DNA of 64,000 nt from Actinomycetota bacterium (GTDB taxonomy: Bacteria; Actinomycetota; CADDZG01; JAHWKV01). The stretch is taken from positions 2,825-66,824 of the forward strand of contig JBPCIX010000054.1 of assembly GCA_051005875.1 (NCBI GenBank), given 5' to 3'. This document shows positions 33,467 through 42,483 of the stretch, in pieces. The notes under the pieces are model-generated. The model saw only the letters and a list, made by a program, of their open reading frames with translations, had not been told where the DNA came from and made no database searches. Made by a program: the position numbers and the translations under genes. How positions within the stretch are numbered: position 1 is the stretch's first letter; each line of letters begins with the position of its first letter.

Positions 33467-33513
33467 AGCCTGAGGATACCCTTCGAGGATTCGGCCAAGC
33501 CCTGAGGTCGCTG

Positions 33514-34569
33514 CTAACGCCTGCGGGTTGTGCCTATGTAGATCCTTAGGGCAAGTAAAGCGGCCATCAGCCCTGCGAACAGCAGGTAGCCACCCGTGGC
33601 CGACGATTTCCTACCGGGGGCGGCTGCAGTACTCCGGCCCCGTTGGGAAGATTTTGACTCGGAGGCCGGTCCGAGCGAGATCGATTCCACCGTCGGTTCG
33701 GTGGGATCGGGTCCTGCGGATAAAGACGGGGTCCCCTGCTCAGGGATCGGCGGGGCTGCAGGGCTAGCGGGGTCGCCGCTCACGACCTGGTCCTGCAGGG
33801 TCCCTTTTCTCGCCCTACCTGCCGTCTCATCAACCTCGACGGACGAGCCGGCGCCGCTCGGCCGGCCGGTCGAATCGCCGGGGTTACCACCCGTGGTATC
33901 CCCACTTGAACTCCCCGACTGACCACCGGTTCGCGGCGCACTTTGCGTTTCGGGCGGGCTTGTAGGTTGACTTGGGCATGATCCAGCGAGGCAAGCGGGC
34001 ATGGTGGTGGAAGACGGCGGCGAGCCATTGCCCTGCGGGTACCACGTCCATCCGTCCACCCCTCCGCAGTGAACACGCGAACTCGACGCGCCGAGACCCG
34101 ACTGTCCCCACCGGCCATCTTGGAAATGCCAATAGACCCAGTAGCTGTTGTCACTCGCCGGACAATTTGAGGCCTCGGTCCCCACGCCGCCGATCTTGCA
34201 AACGAATTCGCCGAGCGAGCCATTGCTTTTGGTGACTAGAGGCAGCCCGGTAGCACGCAGCGCCTCGATGCCGCTCAACGATTGCGATTCAAAGCTAAGG
34301 CAATAAGTCCGTTCGTCGTTCGCACTTAACTGCACTACCACCCCGGCATGGTTGCTTTCGGATGCACAGGCGGGAACGGAAGTTCCGCTCCAGACCGGCA
34401 GGGCCATCGACATTGCGATTAGGGCACGGGCTGCCCCCAGCGTCAAACGTCGCTGGCTCACTACTGGTGGCTCATCGCGGAAGTCATGTGGATAACAGGG
34501 CGTCCCGGGGCCATGAGCGCAAGGCGCGAGGAGGGCGCATACCGGCAGTATGTAACCGACGAGCAACAC
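33514..34569 (-). CDS. secreted DUF4430-like (transcobalamin beta-domain-like) protein with Ser/Pro/Gly-rich linker and C-terminal TM anchor
   Basis: The core reads GVVVQLSANDERTYCLSFES..LSGIEALRATGLPLVT...GEFVCKIGGVG...SYWVYWHFQDGRWGQSGLGASSSRV..GGVDGWTWY. By eye this matches the DUF4430 pattern (beta start, tg.eaL, fv..I.G, yW.y...g.W). The likely true start is the GTG at 34461, which gives signal peptide VSQRRLTLGAARALIAMSMALPVWS. Confidence 0.5.
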   Translation of the reverse strand: MLLVGYILPVCALLAPCAHGPGTPCYPHDFRDEPPVVSQRRLTLGAARALIAMSMALPVWSGTSVPACASESNHAGVVVQLSANDERTYCLSFESQSLSGIEALRATGLPLVTKSNGSLGEFVCKIGGVGTEASNCPASDNSYWVYWHFQDGRWGQSGLGASSSRVHCGGVDGWTWYPQGNGSPPSSTTMPACLAGSCPSQPTSPPETQSAPRTGGQSGSSSGDTTGGNPGDSTGRPSGAGSSVEVDETAGRARKGTLQDQVVSGDPASPAAPPIPEQGTPSLSAGPDPTEPTVESISLGPASESKSSQRGRSTAAAPGRKSSATGGYLLFAGLMAALLALRIYIGTTRRR

Positions 34570-34624
34570 AGCGATCGTGGATTCCGGGACGTCCTGATGC
34601 CGCAGGAATTTTCGCGATGAGCCA

Positions 34625-36175
34625 CTAGTGGGACCAACTTTTGCGTTTCCGCATGTAATAAACGATAGAGGCCGCCAACAAACCGGCCCCGACCGCCGCT
34701 GCGGCGCGCCCGGCCAAAGTTAACGGGGTCGCACGATCATTTTCCGCGCGCGCCAAAGCTGCGCCGCCGCTCGGACCTGGCTGTAAAGTTGGAGTACTGG
34801 CGATTGGCGACTGCGAGGTTGCCAGCAGCGGACTGGCCTGGGGGGTAGAGGGCACCGGGGCCGCAGAAGGCGCCGCTGGAGGCCTTGGTGCCCGCTTCTT
34901 GCGTAAAACCGCGGCGGGTGGCGACTTTGGATCTGGAGTGGGCGTCCCTTGCCGCGACACCGACGAATCCCGGGACGCTTGTTCTGATGGGGGGACCGAG
35001 ACAGGGCTGGTCTCGGCCACACTCGAACCCCCCCCTTGCTGGTCCGCCGGCGAAACCGGGCAGGTTCCAAGCCCAATGAGGCACACGAACGATTCGCCGG
35101 CAACAGCTGGGATCGCCTGGGAGGTGGCCCCGGCGTCACCTGAACAATCCGGTCCCTGTTGATAATTAAATGAACCATCATCGTTTTGTACCGAAAGCAG
35201 AAACTCGACCGGGCCGGCGCCCGCAGGAACCCATCCGGCGGCCGCTGGATCCTCGCCCGCGGCCAAAAGCGCCTGAGTTGAGTAGGCGGTGGAATTGGTA
35301 TCACTGACCTTTGATCCCCCGCAGTAGTTTGAGGCGAAAGACTTTTGGTAGGCAAAACCTCCATCAGCGTTTTGCTGAGCGTGGAAGAACTCAAGAGCTT
35401 TGACCAAGGCCGCATCCGCGTCTATCCGGGGGTCCAGGCGCCGGGCCGCAATAAGCGCCTGGAGCGCCAAGGCGGTCGAATTCGTATCTGTTCCCCATCC
35501 CGGTGAAAACTCCCACCCGCCATCGGACTGCTGGGCGACAAGAAGATTGGAAATGGCCGGGCGCGGCGTCTGAACGTGCCGGGCCGACAATCCGAGAACG
35601 GCGAAGGCCTGGTCGAACATATTGGTAACGAAGGAATACTTCCCGGATACAGGGTCCAATTTGGTTTCCCGGTACGAGCCTGAGGCTTCGTCAAAAGTCG
35701 CCTCTATCGCCGCGATCAGGTCAGAGCCGCCGAAGCGCTTTGGGTTGTCCGATGAGGCCTCGGCTGCAACGGCTACTTGACCGGCGGAACGGGCACTGCA
35801 ATCGGAGCGGTCCGAAGCGTCACAATCGATCGACTCCACCCTTGCCTTCAAAAACTCGATCGGGTCGGATCCTCCCGGCCGGGCCACATCATGCGGATCT
35901 TCACCCCCGGCGGCAAGAGCGTAAATTCCGTCAGCAGTTCCGCCAATCGCGGAAAAGCCGGGAAAGCTCCCATCGGTGGCTTGCTGGGACTTCAACCAGG
36001 TCAAACCCCGAGCGACCGAAGACTCCGGTTCAGTTGCAACCGCCTGGGTTGCAATCGCCTGGGGCAGCGGCGGGATAAACAAGAGGACAACCCAAAACAG
36101 GACCAGGGCTATCGAGGCGGATATGACGCGGAGGGGAAACGGTATGGGCCAGGTGGGCGACAGGAAATCCTGCAA
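34625..36175 (-). CDS. secreted prenyltransferase/squalene-cyclase-repeat (alpha/alpha-toroid) protein with Pro-rich linker and C-terminal TM anchor
   Basis: Carries repeated QxxDGGF/W-type motifs: WLKSQQATDGSFPGF, LVAQQSDGGWEF, FHAQQNADGGFAYQ, LLSVQNDDGSFNYQ, plus TNSTA..Q(A)L. It has an N-terminal signal/TM segment, and the C-terminus is a hydrophobic helix followed by RKRK. Confidence 0.7.
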   Translation of the reverse strand: MQDFLSPTWPIPFPLRVISASIALVLFWVVLLFIPPLPQAIATQAVATEPESSVARGLTWLKSQQATDGSFPGFSAIGGTADGIYALAAGGEDPHDVARPGGSDPIEFLKARVESIDCDASDRSDCSARSAGQVAVAAEASSDNPKRFGGSDLIAAIEATFDEASGSYRETKLDPVSGKYSFVTNMFDQAFAVLGLSARHVQTPRPAISNLLVAQQSDGGWEFSPGWGTDTNSTALALQALIAARRLDPRIDADAALVKALEFFHAQQNADGGFAYQKSFASNYCGGSKVSDTNSTAYSTQALLAAGEDPAAAGWVPAGAGPVEFLLSVQNDDGSFNYQQGPDCSGDAGATSQAIPAVAGESFVCLIGLGTCPVSPADQQGGGSSVAETSPVSVPPSEQASRDSSVSRQGTPTPDPKSPPAAVLRKKRAPRPPAAPSAAPVPSTPQASPLLATSQSPIASTPTLQPGPSGGAALARAENDRATPLTLAGRAAAAVGAGLLAASIVYYMRKRKSWSH

Positions 36176-36199
36176 GTTCTTGCCTTTCTCGCGAAGGTA

Positions 36200-36330
36200 A
36201 GGAGCATGCGAGGCGGCGGGTATCCTGACTTGCCACCGGGGACTTGCCGATGGCTTACAGTTGCGGGACAGCGCCGGACTTTAACCGGCTTCCCCTCTTT
36301 GTATCCCAGGCATCCGGGCCTTGGGATTCC
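36200..36330 (-). promoter_or_regulatory. cobalamin (B12) riboswitch, compact form
   Basis: The minus strand reads AGAGGGGAAGCCGGTTAAAGTCCGGCGCTGTCCCGCAACTGTAAGCCATCGGCAAGTCCCCGGTGGCAAGTCAGGATACCCGCC. It contains the GGGAA..GGT..AA.TCC..GC.G.CCCGCAACTGTAA core and the B12 box AGTCAGGATACCCGCC (36230..36215). It lies 25-150 nt upstream of the TTG start at 36175. Confidence 0.8.
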
Positions 36331-36446
36331 GCTACACAAATTCTGCTATTGACCCGAGTATAGGCCCAGTGCTTGTCCCATGTCGAGTCTTTGACCGAGT
36401 CCCCTTTGCCTACCCCTTACTGCACTCTGGATGAACCCCGGCTCCT

Positions 36447-37544
36447 CTACTCTTCCAGAAGGTTCTCCTGCCGCAGCATGATTTCGAAATCGTGAGGGTT
36501 AGAAGATGCATCCATTGCATGGTCGAGATCTATCACGTTGTTTTTGAAAAGATCGAGCAAGGCCTGGTCGAAGGTCTGCATTCCGTAAAACCCGCTTTCG
36601 GCAATCACGCCATGAATCAGGTGAGTCTGTTCGGCGTCCACAATCAAATCGAAGATTCTGCCGTTCTTAACCAAAACCTCGACGGCGGGCACCCGGCCCT
36701 TGCCCTTTTTCTTTGGGAGCAAACGCTGGCTGAGAATTCCCTTTAGGCTGCCGGCAAGAGCGATTCGAATTTCTTTCTGCTGATGAGGCGGAAAGAAATC
36801 AATGATGCGGTTGACCGTTCCCTGAGCATCGGTCGTGTGCAGAGTTGAAATCACGAGGTGACCGGTCTCGGCCGCGGCCAAGGCCGCCTTTGCCGTCAGG
36901 TCGTCCCTGATTTCGCCGATAAAGATGACATCGGGATCCTGGCGAAGCACGCGTCTCAAAGCTTCCTTAAAGTCCGCCGTATCGATGCCGACTTCACGCT
37001 GGTTCACGATCGATTTTTTGTCCTCATGGACAATTTCTATCGGGTCCTCGATCGTCATTATGTGAACGGCCTTTGTGCGGTTGATGTAATCGATCATTGC
37101 GGCGGTTGTGGTGCTTTTGCCGGATCCGGTGATTCCGGTGACCAAAATCAGACCGCGAGGCTCTAATGCGATCTGCTCCATAACACTCGGGAGGCCAAGA
37201 CTCTCAAAGCTGGTTGAAGGTGGCAGCACCCGGCGGATGGCGATCCCGACCTGGCCGCGCTGACGATAGACATTGCAGCGAAAACGGCCCAGGCTCGCGG
37301 CCGAATAGGCGAAGTCGGCTTCGCCGGACTCTTCAAATTGCAGTCGGGCGCGCTCGCTCATCAACTGCTTGGCGGTGCGCTCAACGTCCGCAGCGGTGAG
37401 TTTAGGAAACTCAGTGCGGACCAAGGCGCCGTCTATGCGCAAGGCCGGCGGAGCGCCCGCCTTGAAATGAAGGTCGGAAGCGCCCTTGTCAACCAAATCA
37501 TGCAAATATTTGTCGATCTGTGACACGGCCACTTCCGGCTCCAT
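36447..37544 (-). CDS. pilT: PilT-family type IV pilus retraction ATPase (orphan in this window)
   Basis: 365 aa. Contains DLHFKAGAPPALRIDG, Walker A GITGSGKSTT, Walker B DPDVIFIGEIRD and His box GHLVISTLHTTDA. Confidence 0.85.
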   Translation of the reverse strand: MEPEVAVSQIDKYLHDLVDKGASDLHFKAGAPPALRIDGALVRTEFPKLTAADVERTAKQLMSERARLQFEESGEADFAYSAASLGRFRCNVYRQRGQVGIAIRRVLPPSTSFESLGLPSVMEQIALEPRGLILVTGITGSGKSTTTAAMIDYINRTKAVHIMTIEDPIEIVHEDKKSIVNQREVGIDTADFKEALRRVLRQDPDVIFIGEIRDDLTAKAALAAAETGHLVISTLHTTDAQGTVNRIIDFFPPHQQKEIRIALAGSLKGILSQRLLPKKKGKGRVPAVEVLVKNGRIFDLIVDAEQTHLIHGVIAESGFYGMQTFDQALLDLFKNNVIDLDHAMDASSNPHDFEIMLRQENLLEE

Positions 37545-37620
37545 TTCGTTGTTGTCCTGCAGTTAAGGATTCTATCGGCCGCCCGAGCCGCGATGTTTAG
37601 GCAGGACTTAGGATGAATCA

Positions 37621-38385
37621 GTGAAAGTGGCCGTTTACATACTTACGGGCCTGGTCGCGGGATTGTTTTCCGGCGCTTTGGGCGTCGGCGGGGCAATTGT
37701 TGCGACTCCCTTGCTGCGCCTTGCCGGTATAAGCCCCTACCTGGCTATCGGAACCACCGTTCCGGCCATCTTGCCGGGAGCCATTACCGGAGCTTGGACT
37801 TATTTGAGGGCTAACTTCGTCGATTCCCGAGCGGCTTTGGCGATTGGTGTTCCCGGCGCCGTTTTTTCGTTCTTGGGCGCGAGGGCCACACGGTCCGTCG
37901 ACGGTCATATGCTGATGATCATGACGGCTATGGTTCTTCTGGCTCTAGCCATCAGGCTTCCCGCACAGGTCGCCGAGGACCGAGCCGGGGGGACCAACCG
38001 GGTAGGCGCTCTGCACTGGTTCGCGTTGCTCGGAGCGGCGGCGGGATTTTTCTCGGGTCTTTTGGGCATCGGCGGAGGATTCTTGATCGTTCCGGTGCTG
38101 GCCGGGCTGTTTGGCTTCCCAATCAAGCTGGCGCTTGGAACGTCGCTTGCAGTCATCGCGCTCATGGCCGTCCCCAATATTGTTGGTCAAGCGCAGGCCG
38201 GAAACATCAAGTGGAGTGCTGCGTTGTTGCTGGCTGTGGGGTGTGTCCCGGGGGCCCGCCTCGGATCGATGGTGGCAATTAGGAGCTCCGACCGGCGCCT
38301 CAAAGTGGTCGTGGCTGTGGGTCTGGGTCTTGTCGCTGTCTTTTACGCCGCCCTCGAGCTAACCGCGTTAAGGACATCGCGATGA
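37621..38385 (+). CDS. TauE/SafE (DUF81) family anion exporter-like membrane protein
   Basis: 254 aa with 7-8 TM segments and the repeated G..GxGGG motif (GALGVGGAIV, GLLGIGGGFLIVP). Confidence 0.78.
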   Translation: MKVAVYILTGLVAGLFSGALGVGGAIVATPLLRLAGISPYLAIGTTVPAILPGAITGAWTYLRANFVDSRAALAIGVPGAVFSFLGARATRSVDGHMLMIMTAMVLLALAIRLPAQVAEDRAGGTNRVGALHWFALLGAAAGFFSGLLGIGGGFLIVPVLAGLFGFPIKLALGTSLAVIALMAVPNIVGQAQAGNIKWSAALLLAVGCVPGARLGSMVAIRSSDRRLKVVVAVGLGLVAVFYAALELTALRTSR

Positions 38386-40451
38386 CCCTTTGGCCTCGAA
38401 CCTATCTCAGTTTCTTGCTGGTCGCTGCAACGGCGCTTGCCACTTCCGGCACGGCGAGTGCCCAATCGTTGGACGAGTCGTCGCTTCGGGCTCGCCTGGT
38501 TGAATTCCCCAGCTCAGTGGGCCCGCAGGATTCTCTCAAGATCGGACTGGAAGTTGCCAACCGCGGCGAGGAGCCGATCGAGTCGTTGAGGGTCTTTTTC
38601 TCAATCCACGAAGCGGTGAACTCGCGGTCCAAGCTACAGAACACCTTTAAGGGAGTTCTCAGAACATCGCTCGGCAGCGACACGATTCCCGCAGAAGGTT
38701 CAATCGAACCCGGGCAGAGCCGGGTGATTTCTGTCGAAAAGCCATTAAGCGAAATAAGCGCGGTGCGTTTCGCTGCGAATGATGGCGCCTACCCGGTTCG
38801 AATTGTGGTCAGGGCGGGCAGTCTGGCCTCCGAGCCGATCGAGACCCACATGATCTTCTTTGCGCAACCGTCACTCGAACCATTGGGGGTCGGACTGGTA
38901 ATTCCTCTGCATAACCCTTCCATCTATACCGACGGTGCCCGCCCGGGTGTGGTGACCGAAAACTCATTGGAGCGTTCTTTGAGCGCCGGTCGCCTGGCGC
39001 GACTGTTCGACGCCCTAGAAAAGTATCCCCAAACGCCGGTGACGCTGGCGCCGAGCGGTTTGCTGATAGACATGCTTACCGACCTATCAAACGGCTTTGG
39101 CAAGAATGCCAGCAACAGGATCCTAAGAGTCGGCCCCGAGGATCCCGTTGCTCAACTGGCCGCGCGAACCCTGGCGCGGTTGAAGCTGCTCGCCGCTCGC
39201 CCGAACACTCGTATCGCCTCAATGCCTTATTCGGCAGCATCACTGGGCGCTCTGTCCAGCGCAGGCTTAGAGGACCTTGCTCAAGCCCAGGTAACCGAAA
39301 CGCGTACTCGTTTATCGCCCGCGTCCGGAGGCGTCTTGCCCGCACAGCCTGCGGAGGTTTGGCTGGTTCCCATTTACCCAGCGTTGGATGAGCCCACCCT
39401 TTCATCTCTACAGCGCTCCGGTGTAAACCGGATGGTGCTTCCGGCTGGCTCAATTCGCAAGGAACCGCAACTATTGACCCGGGCGGCGCCGGTTGAGGTC
39501 GAGACTCGTACCGGCCCAATTCAGGCTCTGGTTGAGGATCAACTCCTGAATGACACTCTGCTTCCCGGCAAGGAAACCGGTCCGGTAGTCGACCGGCAAA
39601 GGTTTCTAGCCGACACAGCCACCTTGATGCTTGAGCGCCCTTCGCAAAAGCGTGCTGTGGTGGTGGTTGCGCCGGTGGACTGGGCGCCCAAGTCCCCTGC
39701 AATCGAAGGACTTTTAGCCGCCCTTTCGTCGCCAACATGGATCAAAGGGCAGACCGTGGACGAGATTCTTGCCTCATTTCCGTCTCCGCTTCCCTTGGCT
39801 GCAATAGCCGGGCAAGAAGGTCTTCGTCCCTCTCCGCAGCCGCCGTCCGATGACTATTTTGACGACCTAAAGCAAGCCAAAAACGCCATTCAGAAGTTCG
39901 GCGAGCTTGCCCCGCCCGGGGGACGGCTGGCAGGGCTTCAGCGACGTCTGCTGATTGCCGAAAGTGCCGACTGGTGGGGATCGAAAACATCGGTGGAGAA
40001 GGGCAAAGCATTCGCCCGGGCAATTTCGCCTGAAGTAACCAGGCAGATGAATTCGATCCGCGCCCCCGGCGCCCAGGTGATTACCCTGACCTCGCGAACG
40101 GGAATTATTCCCCTCTCGGTCATTTCTCGCCTTGCGTATCCGGTCGATGTTGTGCTGGAGCTTCAGTCCGACAAGCTTCGGTTCCCCGACGGGAACCGAA
40201 TTGTCATAGCGAAACTGACCCCTCCAAACAAGACGGTTGAAGTAAGGACCATCGCCCAGGCCACCGGCACCTTCCCGCTCCGGGTCCAAATTCAGACTTC
40301 CACCGGAAGAGTAATTTCCGAGGAGCGCCTCACAATTAGGTCGACCGCATACAACGTGGTGGCAGTATTAGTAACCGCCGGTGCAGGGTTGTTTCTACTT
40401 GGATGGTGGGCCGTCGGAGCTTTTAAGAGAAAAGTAAGCCCGGCCTCTTGA
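38382..40451 (+). CDS. large secreted/membrane-anchored protein, DUF6049-like (Rv3909 position upstream of murJ)
   Basis: 689 aa with a signal peptide and a C-terminal TM helix. The ATGA overlaps on both sides suggest coupling with the neighbouring genes. The assignment rests on synteny. Confidence 0.55.
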   Translation: MTLWPRTYLSFLLVAATALATSGTASAQSLDESSLRARLVEFPSSVGPQDSLKIGLEVANRGEEPIESLRVFFSIHEAVNSRSKLQNTFKGVLRTSLGSDTIPAEGSIEPGQSRVISVEKPLSEISAVRFAANDGAYPVRIVVRAGSLASEPIETHMIFFAQPSLEPLGVGLVIPLHNPSIYTDGARPGVVTENSLERSLSAGRLARLFDALEKYPQTPVTLAPSGLLIDMLTDLSNGFGKNASNRILRVGPEDPVAQLAARTLARLKLLAARPNTRIASMPYSAASLGALSSAGLEDLAQAQVTETRTRLSPASGGVLPAQPAEVWLVPIYPALDEPTLSSLQRSGVNRMVLPAGSIRKEPQLLTRAAPVEVETRTGPIQALVEDQLLNDTLLPGKETGPVVDRQRFLADTATLMLERPSQKRAVVVVAPVDWAPKSPAIEGLLAALSSPTWIKGQTVDEILASFPSPLPLAAIAGQEGLRPSPQPPSDDYFDDLKQAKNAIQKFGELAPPGGRLAGLQRRLLIAESADWWGSKTSVEKGKAFARAISPEVTRQMNSIRAPGAQVITLTSRTGIIPLSVISRLAYPVDVVLELQSDKLRFPDGNRIVIAKLTPPNKTVEVRTIAQATGTFPLRVQIQTSTGRVISEERLTIRSTAYNVVAVLVTAGAGLFLLGWWAVGAFKRKVSPAS

Positions 40452-42061
40452 ACACAATCGGTCGGGGAGCGGCCGTGGCGACCGCGGGAACTGCGCTGTC
40501 GCGTATGACAGGGTTTGTCCGTCTTGCGGCCATGACCTATGCCCTCGGGGTGGCCGAAAGCCGTCTTGCCGACACTTACAATCTCGCAAACACGACCCCG
40601 AACATTTTGTATGAGCTGGCTCTTGGCGGCATCCTTTCGTCGGTGCTTTTGAGGGTCTACGTGGAGGTCAAACAGTCCCAAGGCCAGGACGAAGCCTGGA
40701 GATTCATCTCGAGGCTTACCTGCATGAGCGTTCTGATTTTAGGTGGGATTTCCGTAGTTGCGATCGTGGCCGCACCGGCGATTTTCAAGCTGTACACAAT
40801 CGGGGCCGAACAGTCTGATTTGCAGAACCAGGCGGGAGCATTTCTTCTGCGTTTGTTTATCCCCCAGCTTTTGTTTTATGCACTGTCAACCATTTCAACC
40901 GCAGTGCTGAACGCACACCGGCGTTTTGGCGTTCCCATGTTTGCCCCGGTGCTTAACAACCTCACCGTATCCGCAGTGATGATCCTTTTCGCGCTGACGG
41001 TGCCGCAATCAATGAGGGACATCGACCGCGTCGGCTCAGGTTCTCTCAGGTTGCTGGGGATCGGTACGACCGCGGGGGTGGGATTGATGGGGTTGGTTCC
41101 GTGGTTCTATATGCGCCGGATTGGCTACCGATTTTCCTTTTCTCAGGGATTGAAGGACCCGCGGTTCCGGCAGGTCGCTCGCTTGTCCGCGTACATGTTC
41201 GGATATGTTGCAACCAATCAAATCGGCCTGGCGGTCGCGATGATTCTGGCCAACCGAGTGCAGGGTGGGGTCACCGCCTATCAGTACGCCTTTATTCTCT
41301 TCCAGCTACCGCACGGATTGCTGGCTGTTTCAATTGCCACAGCTGTGTTTCCCGGATTGACCGAAAGTGCGGTAGCGGGCGAGTTCGGAACCCTTGCGGA
41401 CCGCCTGGGTGCAGCGTTAAGGCAAATCGCCTTTTTCATATTGCCGGCAATCGCGGGCTACATTGCCATCGGTCCCCAGGTGGTGCGGCTCCTTTTGCGT
41501 CACGGCCTAACAACAGTCTCATCGACCGACTTTATTTCAACGGTCCTCATGGTTTGGGCGCCCGGCATCTTTTTCTTCTCAACCTTTTACTTGATTCTTC
41601 GAGGCTTTTACGCTCTTGGGGACACCCGGACCCCTATGCTGATCAATATTGGAGCCTTTGTGGTGAATGTCGCCGTCGACTTGGTGCTGTTCTTCTCGTT
41701 CACCGAGCCCCGCTATCGCATCGCAGGTCTGGCCATTGGCCATTCTGTCTCTTACGCGGCTGCGCTGGTCGCTGGCGCCTGGTTGATGGTGAACCGGCTT
41801 GGCAAAAGGGTGTTCCCGGTAGGTTACGGGCCTGCCGTTGCTCGGATGTGCACGGCGGCCGCCCTCACCGGAGGCGCCGCCTGGCTTACGGCAAAGACTC
41901 TTTCGGAGCACCTGACGAGATCTTTCACCGGACAGACCGTAAGTGTCACCGCTGCCACGGTCGCAGGCATAGTGATTTACGCTGGAGCTACCAGGATGCT
42001 TGGGCTCGAGGAAATAGATTGGATCGCCAGGTTGATCAAGAACAAGGGTCGCGCCGTCTAG
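40448..42061 (+). CDS. murJ: lipid II flippase MurJ (MviN), without fused kinase-like domain
   Basis: 537 aa with 14 TM-like segments. Contains ALSRMTGFVRLAAMTYALG and FYALGDTRTPMLI. Confidence 0.9.
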   Translation: MNTIGRGAAVATAGTALSRMTGFVRLAAMTYALGVAESRLADTYNLANTTPNILYELALGGILSSVLLRVYVEVKQSQGQDEAWRFISRLTCMSVLILGGISVVAIVAAPAIFKLYTIGAEQSDLQNQAGAFLLRLFIPQLLFYALSTISTAVLNAHRRFGVPMFAPVLNNLTVSAVMILFALTVPQSMRDIDRVGSGSLRLLGIGTTAGVGLMGLVPWFYMRRIGYRFSFSQGLKDPRFRQVARLSAYMFGYVATNQIGLAVAMILANRVQGGVTAYQYAFILFQLPHGLLAVSIATAVFPGLTESAVAGEFGTLADRLGAALRQIAFFILPAIAGYIAIGPQVVRLLLRHGLTTVSSTDFISTVLMVWAPGIFFFSTFYLILRGFYALGDTRTPMLINIGAFVVNVAVDLVLFFSFTEPRYRIAGLAIGHSVSYAAALVAGAWLMVNRLGKRVFPVGYGPAVARMCTAAALTGGAAWLTAKTLSEHLTRSFTGQTVSVTAATVAGIVIYAGATRMLGLEEIDWIARLIKNKGRAV

Positions 42062-42483
42062 TGGCCCTTCGCGAAACTCCGTGTGGAGTCACGGCAAGAC
42101 TCAGGTCGGAAGACAAGGGCCTGATCGTCAACTGGTTGGTCAAGTTAACAATCTTTATTGCCCTGGCGGGCTTGGTGTCGGTCGAGGGCGGCAGCGTTCT
42201 GCTGGCTCGGTACCAGGCCGTGGAGGCCGCCTCGGCGGCTTCCGCTGAAGCCGCTTTTGCAGTTAGAAATCCAGATTCAGAGGGTCCACCCGAAGCAGCG
42301 GCGCAAAGGATTGCAGAATACAAGGGGGCCCGGTTGGCGAGTCTTTCCATCGATCAAGCCGCTCTGACTGTGACCGTCAAGGTTGAAAAAACGGCGCAGA
42401 GCTTTGTTATCCAACGCATTGGGCCCCTCAAGAAGTTCCGGGTTGCGGTGGCCTCGCACACGGCCTCATACGACCGCCGTTGA
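42061..42483 (+). CDS. small membrane-anchored hypothetical protein
   Basis: This is the tail of a 460-aa shadow ORF that otherwise overlaps murJ. It has one TM helix (LVKLTIFIALAGLVSV) followed by an Ala-rich soluble part. Start candidates are the GTG at 42061, the CTG at 42121 and the TTG at 42136. Its stop overlaps the kinase start (TTGA). Confidence 0.4.
   Translation: MALRETPCGVTARLRSEDKGLIVNWLVKLTIFIALAGLVSVEGGSVLLARYQAVEAASAASAEAAFAVRNPDSEGPPEAAAQRIAEYKGARLASLSIDQAALTVTVKVEKTAQSFVIQRIGPLKKFRVAVASHTASYDRR

Noticed and set aside
41101-42483. 460-aa ORF on the + strand
   Set aside because: Most of it overlaps murJ (40448..42061) in another frame and encodes an Arg/Gly/Pro-rich off-frame sequence. 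Only the last 140 or so codons after the murJ stop are kept, as a small membrane protein.
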